Notes: generated from the letters alone by a model not told the origin. 64,000 nucleotides of DNA from Candidatus Bathyarchaeota archaeon (GCA_963806535.1 CAWDYC010000003.1:160001-224000), one strand, 5' to 3'. Numbered from the stretch's first letter, positions 30,581 to 40,772 are shown. Translations and numbers: made by a program.

Positions 30581-30712
30581 AGATTCTTTTGTTTCGTCGT
30601 GACTTTACTCAGGCCTCAAATCCCTCGCTCACTCAATGAGGGTACGTCATAGTGAGTTGTGCACGTGATTGAACACCGTGCAAAAGCGTAGAGCCGTGAG
30701 CTTTGGAGCCAT

Positions 30713-31236
30713 CTATGAAATCTGACTAATACATTCCTGCAACAGTTGCCGATAAGTTGCTTGCCAACCGTTTGAAGGGAATGGTATAGATATTTTGTTC
30801 AGTAATCTCTCGCCAAAACCGGCTTCTTCAAGTGCAAGCTTGACTGGGGCAAATAAATTATTTTTCAAAATAATGATTCTTTCTGGCTGAAGGCTTCTAA
30901 TATCATTTACAAGCCTTGGAATTTGATCTTTTAGAACTCTGTTTTTTCCGCAATAGGCAACTTGTTGACTGGTCTATAGCTGGCATCTATCAAGAAGAAT
31001 CCTCTTGATTGGAACTCTTTTAGCTGGGTGTTTTTGTCAGTGCCGACAGGTAATTTGCCACAAGGAATTTTCAATGCTTTCATTGTTTCCCTGAATAAAC
31101 AGCCACGACCGGTTGCTGACTCAAAATAAAAGTATCCGCCGCCTTCGGGTGGTGACTCGCCAATAAGAAGGAATTCAATGTCTTTGCCTATTCGTCGTGG
31201 GTCATATTTGTCCCTTGCTTCAATATAGTCTTGCAT
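30713..31236 (-). CDS. uracil-DNA glycosylase superfamily protein (frameshift in A-run near 30945)
   Basis: LLIGESPP..G.YFY, GFFLID; second frame ..LQPERIIIL...IPFPS.GWQ to TAG at 30713. Confidence 0.65.
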
Positions 31237-31625
31237 GTCAACAGCTACGGCTTCTGATTTATTAGATTTAGCGGATAAATACGATGATTCTTTGTCGCCA
31301 ACTTGTTTAATCTTAATAGCCTATGTACTTGTACGGTGATTGAACACCGTGAAGAAGCATAGGCCGTAGTAAAAAGCGGAGATTAGCATTAACCGATCAA
31401 GTCAAACATATTTGAAGCCTAATATGTTTCAGGGAGCTTGCATTAGCACCTTAAAGCACTGTTGTGTTTCTGTACGGTGTTCAAACACCGTGGCTAAACA
31501 TAGGCTAAGGACAAAGGCGACGGAAGACCAAGCATGGTCGAATCCTACTTAAGCTATGATCCAGTTGAACTGCTAAAATATTCGACCGGCTTTCTCGACC
31601 GAAAAAATCAAAATGAGTCATTTTT

Positions 31626-31829
31626 TTACTTATGCCAGAGCCTACTTAATAGATAGATTACAGCGGTAGCTGCAAGCAGCACTGGAACTATGAACACATT
31701 AGCTTCCATCCACTGCCAAATTGGTCCCGGTAACCCAAACATACCTATGCCATAACCAGCTAAGACTACAATCCAAACAAAACTATACAGGGCGATTACT
31801 GCAATCCATACCTTCATGAGCTTACGCAT
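31626..31829 (-). CDS. small 2-TM membrane protein
   Basis: MRKLMKVWIAVIALYSFVW...; two hydrophobic segments. Confidence 0.55.
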   Translation of the reverse strand: MRKLMKVWIAVIALYSFVWIVVLAGYGIGMFGLPGPIWQWMEANVFIVPVLLAATAVIYLLSRLWHK

Positions 31830-31917
31830 TTTCTCACTTTTGAAACCACTTATAATCCATAGGTTATCCATCAACCACATAAAAGCTTTTGACTTATCCG
31901 TGCAAGAGGACACAAGG

Positions 31918-32067
31918 TTGCCGAAGCGATATGTTAACATAAAATTGCCTGTTGAGCTTGCAGACGAAGTTGACAAAATCGTGGATAAGAAGCTTCTGGG
32001 ATACCGCAGCAGAGGAGAATTTGTAGCGGAAGCGGTGAGAGACAAGCTAATCCAAGTTAAAAAATAA
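31918..32067 (+). CDS. ribbon-helix-helix (CopG-like) DNA-binding protein
   Basis: YVNIKLPVELADEVDKIV..GYRSRGEFVAEAVR; TTG start after GAGGA. Confidence 0.8.
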   Translation: MPKRYVNIKLPVELADEVDKIVDKKLLGYRSRGEFVAEAVRDKLIQVKK

Positions 32068-32331
32068 TTAACCTAAACGACCTTACAGACTATACATGGC
32101 TTTTAAACGCCGTAAAAGATACTAAAACAAAATTGGTCCTTAAAGAGCAAAATCAGCCGATTGCACTTTTGTACCTTTAGGCAAAAAAGCGGTGTGCTCC
32201 TGTACGGTGTTCGATCACCGTAAACAAAATCTGCGTTCCCTCAGCGTCTAATCTTATTCAATTGCGATGAACCGAGTGTTTAGTCAAAATACTTACCCTA
32301 AAGTCTTATATTAAGAAAGCACAACTAAAAA

Positions 32332-32892
32332 TTGATGAGCCTACCTACACTTGATCCAGCAGAGTTTGAAACTCTACGATCCACTTTAGTAAGCACTTAC
32401 AACTCACAAACTACCGCTCATGTAGGATATATAATAGCTTTTGCCATAGGCATCGCAGCCATTCTTTACCAAATTGACTTTAAGACTTTCTTTAAAGACT
32501 ACCCATCAAAAAAGCAGCGTTATCCTTTATTTTATGTTCCATTAAGTGGTCTAATTGGAGGAATCGTCTTCCTTTTTTACCGCGTAATTTTCTGGGCTTA
32601 TATGAGTACGTATGTCTTACGTGTACCCGCTACACAAGTTGCAGCATTGCTTGCTGCGTATGCAAGTGATCCAACTGTCACTGAGATTTATGCGATTCAA
32701 CTTAGCTGCACTCAAAAATTTGTTGGAACGCACAGTTTAGCCAGCACTTTTTACTCTTTTGCAAGTAATTCTCTTTTAGATTCTACGTTATTATTTTTGG
32801 GGTTTTCCATCATTGCGTTCTTAATAACTTTGCTATTAGACTACATTTTGTACAAAAAGAAAGATACACCCGTTAAGAAGAACAACAACTAA
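32332..32892 (+). CDS. hypothetical 3-TM membrane protein
   Basis: 186-aa ORF with three hydrophobic helices. Confidence 0.6.
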   Translation: MMSLPTLDPAEFETLRSTLVSTYNSQTTAHVGYIIAFAIGIAAILYQIDFKTFFKDYPSKKQRYPLFYVPLSGLIGGIVFLFYRVIFWAYMSTYVLRVPATQVAALLAAYASDPTVTEIYAIQLSCTQKFVGTHSLASTFYSFASNSLLDSTLLFLGFSIIAFLITLLLDYILYKKKDTPVKKNNN

Positions 32893-32977
32893 ACTCTAAG
32901 TTCATTTGACGACTACTGCCCAGTTATATTCATATGGATACGATTCTGCGGGTTAAGGCCGCCAAGCGAAAAACGTT

Positions 32978-33859
32978 TCAGTTTACTCCATTTTCCATTG
33001 TAGCTAAAGCACTCAAGGTTCGGTCCCTAAGCTCTTTGAACGATGGGCTCCAGTAATGGCGTATAAATATGGACGGTGGTATTCTGCCTTGCAACAAATC
33101 CACCTCTTCTTTTATCAGACCGTTTCTAACCATGAATGTGCCAAAGCTGTCTCTAAGTTCATTTATTCTACACCGCATTTTTTTTCGTTGCAACCGTTTG
33201 AGTATTGCATTGTAACCGACTGGTTGGCTTTTTGCAATCTCATCAATTAGGTTTTTTGGCACAATCGATATGTACACATTCTTCGTACCGCGTAAGAACA
33301 GCTTTTTGAATTGAAAGTGCTCCAAAAGCCCATCAGTATTAAGGTAGCAGTCTAACTTGCCTTCTTTTGACAACTCGATTATTTTGTTAAACGAATTTAC
33401 AGCCTCTTCCTTACGCAAACCACTTAGACGCAAATATTCTAAAAGCACCTTTTCCTCAGGTTTAAGCAAAGGCTGTACAGCAGATACCACTCCCATAAAT
33501 CACTATTATGGTTATTGTACAATCGACTGAAAGAGGAGAAGGCATCCCGCTTACGCCACTTAATCCCATAACTTTTTAGAGCTGCCCTGAACTCCTCATG
33601 AAAACCAAGATACTTACAAAGCGCAATCAAAGACTTAATTGAATTATCCCTTAATGACTCTGGAATTGCATCGATATCCCTGAGATTGCCGTATAAAATG
33701 TGATTGTACTTTTTCGTATAGGTCATGATGGTGTGAGCATAGGACTTTGCATATTTTTTGAAAACCCACACCTTAAATTCTGCCCAGTCAAGGTCGCGTA
33801 TGCCTGCTTCGAGGAGCGCTTTACACGCCAAAGGTCGCCGGTTCAACTCCGGCTCGGCC
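32978..33859 (-). CDS. tyrosine integrase catalytic fragment (intC; frameshift near 33495)
   Basis: SGLR..EA (Arg), RGTK (Lys), ELR, LLQGR, RHY (Tyr); begins within attR. Confidence 0.88.
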
Positions 33860-33909
33860 AACCACCATTCCTGCTAAAGGCTGAATCAAGAAGGTTTAGG
33901 AAAAGACTA

Positions 33910-35505
33910 TTATCTAATGATCTTTGCTTTCTTGGCTCTTATCAATAGTTCAAACCCAACGGCAGCAACTACCACAACCACAATAGCAACTGCTATTTCA
34001 AAGTCTGCTTGTGGCCAACTTGAGTCTGCATGATTTTGACTTTTTAAAGCTACAGCGAAAGGTGAGGGAGTAGCAGTGCTAAATGGACTTGATGTTTCTG
34101 TTGGGGCAGGTGTTGGATTTGGAGATTGATTAATGTTGGAGTTTTGATATGGCGTTGGAGTTGGATTTGTGTTTGGGTTTGATGAAGGCGAGGGAGTTGG
34201 TGATGGCGTAACGATAGGGGTTGGGCTAGTTTTTGGAGTAGGCGTTGGAGTTGTGGTTGGAATTGGGGATGGTGTTGCAGTCGATTTTGGTGTTGGTACT
34301 GGGGTAGGTGAGGCAGTGGGAGTTGGCGTTGGGAAGGAAATGTAATTTGGAACTATCGGAGCGGTTGGGTCTGGCGCAGTTAGGAAAGGCACAAAAGTTA
34401 CTTGGTTTGAGATTATTTGGGCGATGGTTTGTTGATCAGTTGTTCCCCACCAATTAGAAGCCATATTTACGTTTAAAGAATATTGATAGTTTTTGACAAT
34501 GTTATTGTTGGTTATGGAGACTGGTCCATATTTGCCTAGGGTGTTCAATCCGACAGTGTTATTGATGATTGTGTTGTGTTGAATAGTTGCTGAGACTGGA
34601 GACATAGGTCCCGTGAACAAAATGCCGATGTTGTTACCAATGATGAGATTTCTTTCGATTGTTGTTGTTCCATCATATAGGTTAATGGCTGTTTTGCATC
34701 CGAATATGGTGTTGTCTGCTATGTAGGTGTTGCTTCCTGAAGCCAAGATTCCTGTGCCTAGATAGTAGCTTAATGTTATTCCTTGTTCGATGGTGTTATT
34801 CTCGATTACAGGTGTGCTTGTAAGAAAACCTGAGCCAAGTATTCCACCGATGATGTAGTTGTTGATTATGGTTGGTGAAGCATCATTTACTGTTTCAATA
34901 TCTCCGGATAAAGTGTTGCTTGCGATTATCGGCGAGCCACTGGTTACTGTAATTGCGTTGCCATCATCCGCGTTATAAGAGGGAGTGATGGTGCAATTGC
35001 TTATTTTGGGCGAGGCGCTACTTGTGGATATAGAGACGGAATGAAGAATTGAGTTTTCAATTATGCAGCCCTTACTATTTTGTTCATTCCAGCTTTGGCT
35101 GCCAGCAGTGAAAACGATATTTCCATCGCCTGAGGAAACAAAAACTATTGGGCAGTTGTTTGTTCCTCGTGCATATAGGATGCCGTTTACCTGCAGATTG
35201 TACCCGTTTAAGTTAATGGTTGCGCCCGCTTCGACTGTTAAGGTTGTTCCACTGCTTACAATAACTGGGGAGTTAAGATAATATGGACTGTTACTTTGCG
35301 TCCAAGAGGTATCCACATTTATTAGACCCCCAACATTTGTGCCGTTTTGCGCCAAGGTAAAGGGTATGGCTCCAGCCAAAATTAATGAACAAGAGATTAT
35401 GGCAACTAAACATAGGCTTAAAAGTATTTTATTCAAACCATGTTCTCCTTTTAGCGAATCTTTTGCAAAATCGGGAAGCAAAAATAGATTTACTGATTTG
35501 CCCAT
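33910..35505 (-). CDS. right-handed beta-helix surface protein with Pro/Thr linker and C-terminal TM
   Basis: Signal peptide, DTSWT..SPY, Asn-ladder repeats, NWWGTTD, PT run, TM+KK; real start may be ~80 bp downstream. Confidence 0.8.
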   Translation of the reverse strand: MGKSVNLFLLPDFAKDSLKGEHGLNKILLSLCLVAIISCSLILAGAIPFTLAQNGTNVGGLINVDTSWTQSNSPYYLNSPVIVSSGTTLTVEAGATINLNGYNLQVNGILYARGTNNCPIVFVSSGDGNIVFTAGSQSWNEQNSKGCIIENSILHSVSISTSSASPKISNCTITPSYNADDGNAITVTSGSPIIASNTLSGDIETVNDASPTIINNYIIGGILGSGFLTSTPVIENNTIEQGITLSYYLGTGILASGSNTYIADNTIFGCKTAINLYDGTTTIERNLIIGNNIGILFTGPMSPVSATIQHNTIINNTVGLNTLGKYGPVSITNNNIVKNYQYSLNVNMASNWWGTTDQQTIAQIISNQVTFVPFLTAPDPTAPIVPNYISFPTPTPTASPTPVPTPKSTATPSPIPTTTPTPTPKTSPTPIVTPSPTPSPSSNPNTNPTPTPYQNSNINQSPNPTPAPTETSSPFSTATPSPFAVALKSQNHADSSWPQADFEIAVAIVVVVVAAVGFELLIRAKKAKIIR

Positions 35506-35555
35506 TCTGTTTTCCTCACAAAACTTTCTATTTTTTTTGAATTAAAAGCATTCTC

Positions 35556-35595
35556 GTCAAGAATTCTTAACGAACAGTAGTCAAACTTTCTTGAC
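35556..35595. promoter_or_regulatory. tandem palindromic operator GTCAAG-N4-CTTGAC x2
   Basis: GTCAAGAATTCTTAAC (35556) and GTCAAACTTTCTTGAC (35580); same arrangement at 42526/42550. Confidence 0.65.
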
Positions 35596-35644
35596 TAAAC
35601 TTTTCTGCTGTTTCTTCCCTGAAAGCTAGAATTAAATGCCTGAA

Positions 35645-35668
35645 GGTTCAACTCCGGCTCGGCCCACT
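35645..35668 (+). repeat. third, 24-bp copy of the tRNA-Val 3' end (att remnant)
   Basis: GGTTCAACTCCGGCTCGGCCCACT identical to 24789-24812. Confidence 0.9.
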
Positions 35669-35705
35669 TCTTTTAGGAAAGTTGATCTTTAAAATACGGT
35701 CTTAG

Positions 35706-36200
35706 TCACATAGGTTTGCCGTCTTTGCAGAAGTATTGCATTGGCTTTGCTTTGGTAAGATTATAGTTCTTGAAAATTTGGCATCCGTTACACATACATG
35801 TCTTGCTAAAATCGAGGTCTTTGCAAACAGAAACGCCGTAAGCACAGTATGGTCCAGGCATATCTTCCGCTTTGGGCGCCATGCCTGCAAATTGATCTTT
35901 GGGAGCATTCTTCATCATTTCATCGCTCATGCTCTGCATCTGCTCTCGTGACATGCCTCTCGCCTGCTCGGGGTTCATATTTTTCAACATTTCTAGGTTC
36001 TTCATCATTCCCGGACTCAGGAACTGCTGCATCATCTTCCCCGGATTCTCTATCATGTCATTTCTAGCAGCTATCTTTGGTTTGGCACATTCGCTACCAG
36101 TTTGAACTGAACAAGTTATGCATTTGCACTGAGTAATCACATCATAGGTTGGCTGAATAATAATTTCTTTCTTTCGACCAAAAAAATCCAAAAAATTCAT
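35706..36200 (-). CDS. DUF2769-like Cys-rich protein with Met-rich insert
   Basis: CKCITC..C, YCAYG.S.C..CMCNGC, YFC..G. Confidence 0.65.
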   Translation of the reverse strand: MNFLDFFGRKKEIIIQPTYDVITQCKCITCSVQTGSECAKPKIAARNDMIENPGKMMQQFLSPGMMKNLEMLKNMNPEQARGMSREQMQSMSDEMMKNAPKDQFAGMAPKAEDMPGPYCAYGVSVCKDLDFSKTCMCNGCQIFKNYNLTKAKPMQYFCKDGKPM

Positions 36201-36416
36201 CTCCGATCTAACTTGATAGACCTACTTTGAAATTTATTATTATCTCTATTAAATGTTTTGCGATTTTTGGGTGATACAAAGAAGCAGAGACTAAAATTAA
36301 CGAGCCTGCGACGGAATGTTTGATCTAGTATAATTTCAAGAAACCACGATTCTAATTTAATGAACCTCTAGAAGCTTAAAAGGCAATTCTAACAAATAAG
36401 AAAACAGGAGAATTGT

Positions 36417-36764
36417 ATGGATTTAGTTGCATTATTAATACAAATTGTTGTAGGAATAATAGTTATTGCGCCTATACTTTGGCTAGTTGGAAGAGCATTA
36501 GTTGGCAAAGGAAAAGCAAAATTCACAGACGCTATTTGGATAGTTGTTCTTGGAACAATTATTGGTGCTGTAGTAGGGATCTTCGTAGGCAGCTTGGTAT
36601 CAGCGATAATAATGTTTGTTGTTTGGCTGGCTTTAATAAAACACTTTTTCGATTGTGGATGGCTGAAAGCGTTCGTAATAGCAGTAATTTCAGTAATAGT
36701 CTTCATAGTCATAGTCGCTTTATTGGCACTCATCGGCATCGGCATAATAGCACTGGGTTTCTAA
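36417..36764 (+). CDS. small multi-pass membrane protein
   Basis: 115 aa, ~4 hydrophobic helices, SD AGGAG upstream. Confidence 0.75.
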   Translation: MDLVALLIQIVVGIIVIAPILWLVGRALVGKGKAKFTDAIWIVVLGTIIGAVVGIFVGSLVSAIIMFVVWLALIKHFFDCGWLKAFVIAVISVIVFIVIVALLALIGIGIIALGF

Positions 36765-36943
36765 GCAAATATCCCTTTTATTTTTTCCTCAAATTAACTC
36801 GGGCTTGGCCCATATTATCGACCCAAGTCCAAAGCGGTCTGAGCCTCATGGAACCTAACAGAAAAGAAGAGGGCTGAGATTATCAGGTCTCTCAAATTGA
36901 GGTTTGTGCACTTGCTTTACAAAAAAATTGGGGAAATTACCTT

Positions 36944-38456
36944 TTATTTGGTTTGGTTCCAATAATTGACATGTTGGTATCGTCCTGCTGTCGGGTATGT
37001 TGGGTCATCGTAAATTATATCTAGTTTTGACCCGTATTTGGCAAGAGACTCTTGCAGGGCATTCCAAACCTGATGCGAAGAGTTGTCGGGTTGCCATAAA
37101 CCCCAAATGTGATCGTTTGGATTTCGCATGCCCCAACCATATTCTTGAGGCAATACCAAAGCGTCTTGGGCTTTTGCATTGTTGGTTTCTTTAGGGTTCT
37201 GCACCACGTCAGTCCAGAACTTCTGGAGAGCCGCAAAGTGCGCTTCTTGTAAAAGCCCAATACCAGTACTATTGGGAGAGTAGTTGAAGATTACAACGTA
37301 TTCGGCGCCGCTTTCGTATGTTTGGCGCATTTCATTGTACATTTGGTTACCGCTTTGCAAGTAAGGTGGCGCCATGCTCTCCCACGTTATCATTGTACCC
37401 CAACTTTTGTTCTGCATGTCCGCTGCTCCTCTTACTAATGCAATGTCCTGGGTGACTGATTGGTTCCATCCAAGCTGGCCGAGTACAACGTCGTAGCCGC
37501 CTTGGTAGTCAAACCATTCGAGAGCATAATCTGAAGTGAAGAGCTTAACGGCTGATTGATTGCCAATTGAACCTAAAGTGGTTTGCTCGTAGCTTACAAA
37601 GCTGTTTGCCGCCTCAGCATACGTTTGTATTGGTCTTGAATCCCAGACTTCTTGATAGGGTTCAAACTGAGAAATATTTCCCTCATCGGTTACCAAAGTG
37701 CCGTTTTGGTCTTGTACGATGCCGTTCGGCTGGTATACAAATGGTCCCTTACCCACGGATCCAGTGAGCTACGTGGTAAGTAATGGTGCCGTTTGGATAA
37801 TAAATAGTCGTAAAAAACTGTGGAGTATAGGGAACCGTTATAGTAGCATTCGTACCTGCGACGATACCGGTGCTTGGAATATTGACGACTGTATTGTAGT
37901 TAATGGTTATTTGTCCTGAAGGAGAAAAGGTTTCTGATGTAGAGTTAGAGATGCCGTGCACTTCGTTTACTAAAAGGGATCCATCTGAATCTTTAATAAT
38001 CGCCTTTGTCCCGTTGTCGATAAGATGTACTTGTCCATCAATCATTTTCCCGCCAAGTTCATCACAGTAATATAACCCCAAAAAATGACCGCCCCAACGG
38101 GCTTGAGAAACGCTAAGCAAAGAATCACAAACCTTTTCATCGCCATTTGCACCGTAATAGACAATAATATTTAACCCAGAATTAACAGCATAATCACATA
38201 TTTGCTCTGTTGCATTGAGGTTTTGTATCAGGTCACCCGAGTCCAAAACAAACAAGTTGGTGTAATTCTTGACTCTATCAATTAGTTGGTTTGCTTCGGT
38301 GGTTGAATTTCCGCAGTAGGTGACGCCGACGTAAAACGGCTTCTTGCTCGCCACAGGAGCGGTTGAGGAGCCGTAAATTTCTAGGGTGGCAAACGCTGAT
38401 ACGACAATAACAAGGATTATGACCAGCGACAAAACTGTTGCCCAGCGTTTTTTCAT
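36944..38456 (-). CDS. secreted/membrane-anchored hypothetical protein (frameshift near 37760)
   Basis: MKKRW..TM; FYVGVTYCG, DELGGKMID, YALEWFDY.GGYD, RGAA..Q.K.WG across two ORFs. Confidence 0.7.
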
Positions 38457-38593
38457 CCTTACGCCTCGATCCATTGCAAATCTGTCCCTTGAGTATCTTG
38501 CCATTGCGAATGAGGCTTATTGCTCTCCTTAAAGAACAAAAGTTTTCCTCCAAAAGAACAGACAAAAGTTATCGGTGCTTGGCTAAACATGGG

Positions 38594-39766
38594 TTAACCA
38601 ACGCACCAGCCAAATCGTTTCACGTCAAGTGGCGAAACTTTCTCTTCTATCATCAGGTCACGCAGGCAAACTGGGTCAGTTTCCAAGAAGTCTCCTGTGC
38701 ACGCATACGCTCTGCCTCGGCATCCCCCGCATGTTTCTCGGTACTCGCAGGTTCCGCATTTGCCTTTCAAGACGCTTCTTTGCCTGAGCATATTGAGCGT
38801 TTTTGAGTTGTACCAAATATCTGTTAGGCTTTGCTCTCGGATATTTCCGACTTTTATAGGCAGAAAAGTGCAGGGGTAGATGTCTCCATTTGGACGCAGG
38901 CTAAAATAGAATATCCCAGCGTGGCATCCGACTGCGTTATGTATCCAGAACTCTTTAATCAGCAAATCCTTCGGTTTAGAGTCGTGTGCTTTGTGCATTT
39001 CCATGGCGATTTCAGGGTATAGCGGTAGCCCGCCTGACATGGTAAAGACCATTTCTGACTCTTCCTGCTTCGCCTGCAGGTATCGTATTAAGTTGATTCG
39101 CTGCTTCATTGTCATTGCTTGATCCATCACATCGTGTCCTCGCCCCACAGGAACCAGATCGTAGACGGCAACTTCATCCACGCCCAAGCTGTCCAGAAAC
39201 TCTATTCGCTTAGGTATCTCGTCGCAAGTGTCTTTCAGCGCCATCGTAGTAACAATAACTTCCAAGTCCATATCAAGGCACGCTTTGATTGCCGCTACGC
39301 CTCTTTTGAAACTGCCCGGTACGTTTCTGAGGTAATCGTGTTTTTCAGGGTAAACCGAGTCGATTGGTATTCCTACGGCTTTAATTCCTGCATCCCGAAG
39401 TTCCAAGGCTACTTTGTGAGTCATTAACAAGCCGTTTGAAAGCATAGCGGTTATGATTCCTCTGTCGTCGCAGTACTGGGCAAGCGTTGTCACGAACTCT
39501 TTTCGCAGAAGAGGCTCGCCTCCGCTGAAAATCATTGCTTCAGTTCCCAGCGCCTTCATCTCATCAATGACGCGCATTGCTTCATTGAGGTTAAGCTCAT
39601 CAGGCATAGCTTCCCGAGCTGAAACGTGACAGTGGAGGCAACGCAAGTTACAGGCTTTGGTTACAGCGTAGGAGACAATAAGCGGGGTGTTTTGGGTTCC
39701 TTCCAAACCCTTGCCTAAGAGTTTCTGCCTAAGCATTAACTCAAGCATTTTAAGTCCAGTTCCCAC
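38594..39766 (-). CDS. radical SAM / SPASM domain protein
   Basis: CNLRCLHC, SGGEP, CHAG..PC, CGTC..TCGGC..DPVC. Confidence 0.9.
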   Translation of the reverse strand: MGTGLKMLELMLRQKLLGKGLEGTQNTPLIVSYAVTKACNLRCLHCHVSAREAMPDELNLNEAMRVIDEMKALGTEAMIFSGGEPLLRKEFVTTLAQYCDDRGIITAMLSNGLLMTHKVALELRDAGIKAVGIPIDSVYPEKHDYLRNVPGSFKRGVAAIKACLDMDLEVIVTTMALKDTCDEIPKRIEFLDSLGVDEVAVYDLVPVGRGHDVMDQAMTMKQRINLIRYLQAKQEESEMVFTMSGGLPLYPEIAMEMHKAHDSKPKDLLIKEFWIHNAVGCHAGIFYFSLRPNGDIYPCTFLPIKVGNIREQSLTDIWYNSKTLNMLRQRSVLKGKCGTCEYRETCGGCRGRAYACTGDFLETDPVCLRDLMIEEKVSPLDVKRFGWCVG

Positions 39767-39788
39767 ATTACCCCCGCCTGTTTTTTGC

Positions 39789-40772
39789 TTAAGCCTTGTT
39801 TAGATTTTGAGGTCGAATGAGCCAAAGTTGGATTAGTCTGCGTAGCAACCATGCAACTGCAAAGACAACTGAGACCGCAATTATTACAATCATCATGTTA
39901 GATCCAATGTCAAAGTCTGCAGTGGTAACTTTTGGCGGCGACAGGTCAGTTAAGGTAATATCTTGAATTGTCGAGTATCCATCATGCCCAATGTAGTATT
40001 CTGTTCCATTTTCTATATTGCCCTGCGGATTTTGCACTCCATGAAGCACGTCAACGCTTTGTTCATAACCGTTAACGTAGAGGTGTATGCCTGTGGAAGT
40101 ACGGGCAAACTCAACCTCAACCCACTGATTTAACGGAACCGGCTGAGTAGTCACTATCTCGTTGAAGCCTCCGCTGTCAGTTAACACGAAACCGCTAAGT
40201 GCACCTTGAACGTAGCTTTCGCCGCTTGCAGGTACACCAGCTCTTATGGCTAATCCGAGGTCTCTTACGGTGTTTTGCCAATCAGCTGCTTGATCTGGAT
40301 GGTCGCATTTAACGAGAATGTTATTGTAGGTTGCGTTTTTGTATCCTGGAACGTTAATCCATGCGGTAATGTCAACGTATTTTTGGATGTCAAGGTTTGT
40401 TGAGACTGGAATGTAAATTGGCTGTGGTGTTGGCGGGAAGCCGACTATGAATTTTATGGGGATATACACAAAGTTGGTTCCGTTAAACTCCATTGCTTTT
40501 CCAAATTTGCCGTCTACTAACGTAGGATTGTATTCTACAATGCCTGGATTGACGCCTGTTTTGTCAGGGGTTATCACGTTGGAGCCGCTTGGTTGAAACT
40601 CGCTTAGCGACCAGCTACCGACTACGGTTCCGCTGCTTTGTGCTCTTACGTTCGTCAATAGGATTGTGCTAAGTATAGTTGCCGTGAGTAAAAATATAAT
40701 TAACATTTTTACACTGCTGTTGTTAACGTTCACAATTTTCATTTCTATCGCCCAAACAACCAAATTATGCAA
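39789..40772 (-). CDS. LamG/concanavalin-like surface protein with C-terminal TM
   Basis: Signal peptide, GKFGKAMEFNG, ITAWIN, LNQWV, LYVNG, C-terminal TM. Confidence 0.7.
   Translation of the reverse strand: MHNLVVWAIEMKIVNVNNSSVKMLIIFLLTATILSTILLTNVRAQSSGTVVGSWSLSEFQPSGSNVITPDKTGVNPGIVEYNPTLVDGKFGKAMEFNGTNFVYIPIKFIVGFPPTPQPIYIPVSTNLDIQKYVDITAWINVPGYKNATYNNILVKCDHPDQAADWQNTVRDLGLAIRAGVPASGESYVQGALSGFVLTDSGGFNEIVTTQPVPLNQWVEVEFARTSTGIHLYVNGYEQSVDVLHGVQNPQGNIENGTEYYIGHDGYSTIQDITLTDLSPPKVTTADFDIGSNMMIVIIAVSVVFAVAWLLRRLIQLWLIRPQNLNKA

Larger units (their letters stand above)
25129..32222. repeat. eight 20-bp 7-6-7 imperfect palindromes between cargo genes
   Basis: TACGGTG-N6-CACCGT(G/A) at 25129, 30661 (variant left arm), 31332, 31473, 32203; TACG(G/A)C(A/G)-N6-AGCC(G/A)TG at 25233, 26364 and 32095 (reverse). 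Confidence 0.85.
24767..33859. mobile_element. ~9-kb integrative element in tRNA-Val with split (SSV1-type) tyrosine integrase and defence cargo
   Basis: 42-bp identical direct repeat (24767-24808 = 33818-33859, tRNA 3' half); intN and intC at opposite ends; cargo visibly AT-richer than core genes. Confidence 0.92.

Noticed and set aside
25129-32222. Palindromic repeats as a CRISPR array
   Set aside because: Spacing is irregular (100 bp to 4 kb) with whole genes in between, and there are no cas genes.
38594-39766. Radical SAM/SPASM as a RiPP maturase cluster
   Set aside because: No precursor peptide, PqqD/RRE domain, protease or transporter is evident nearby.
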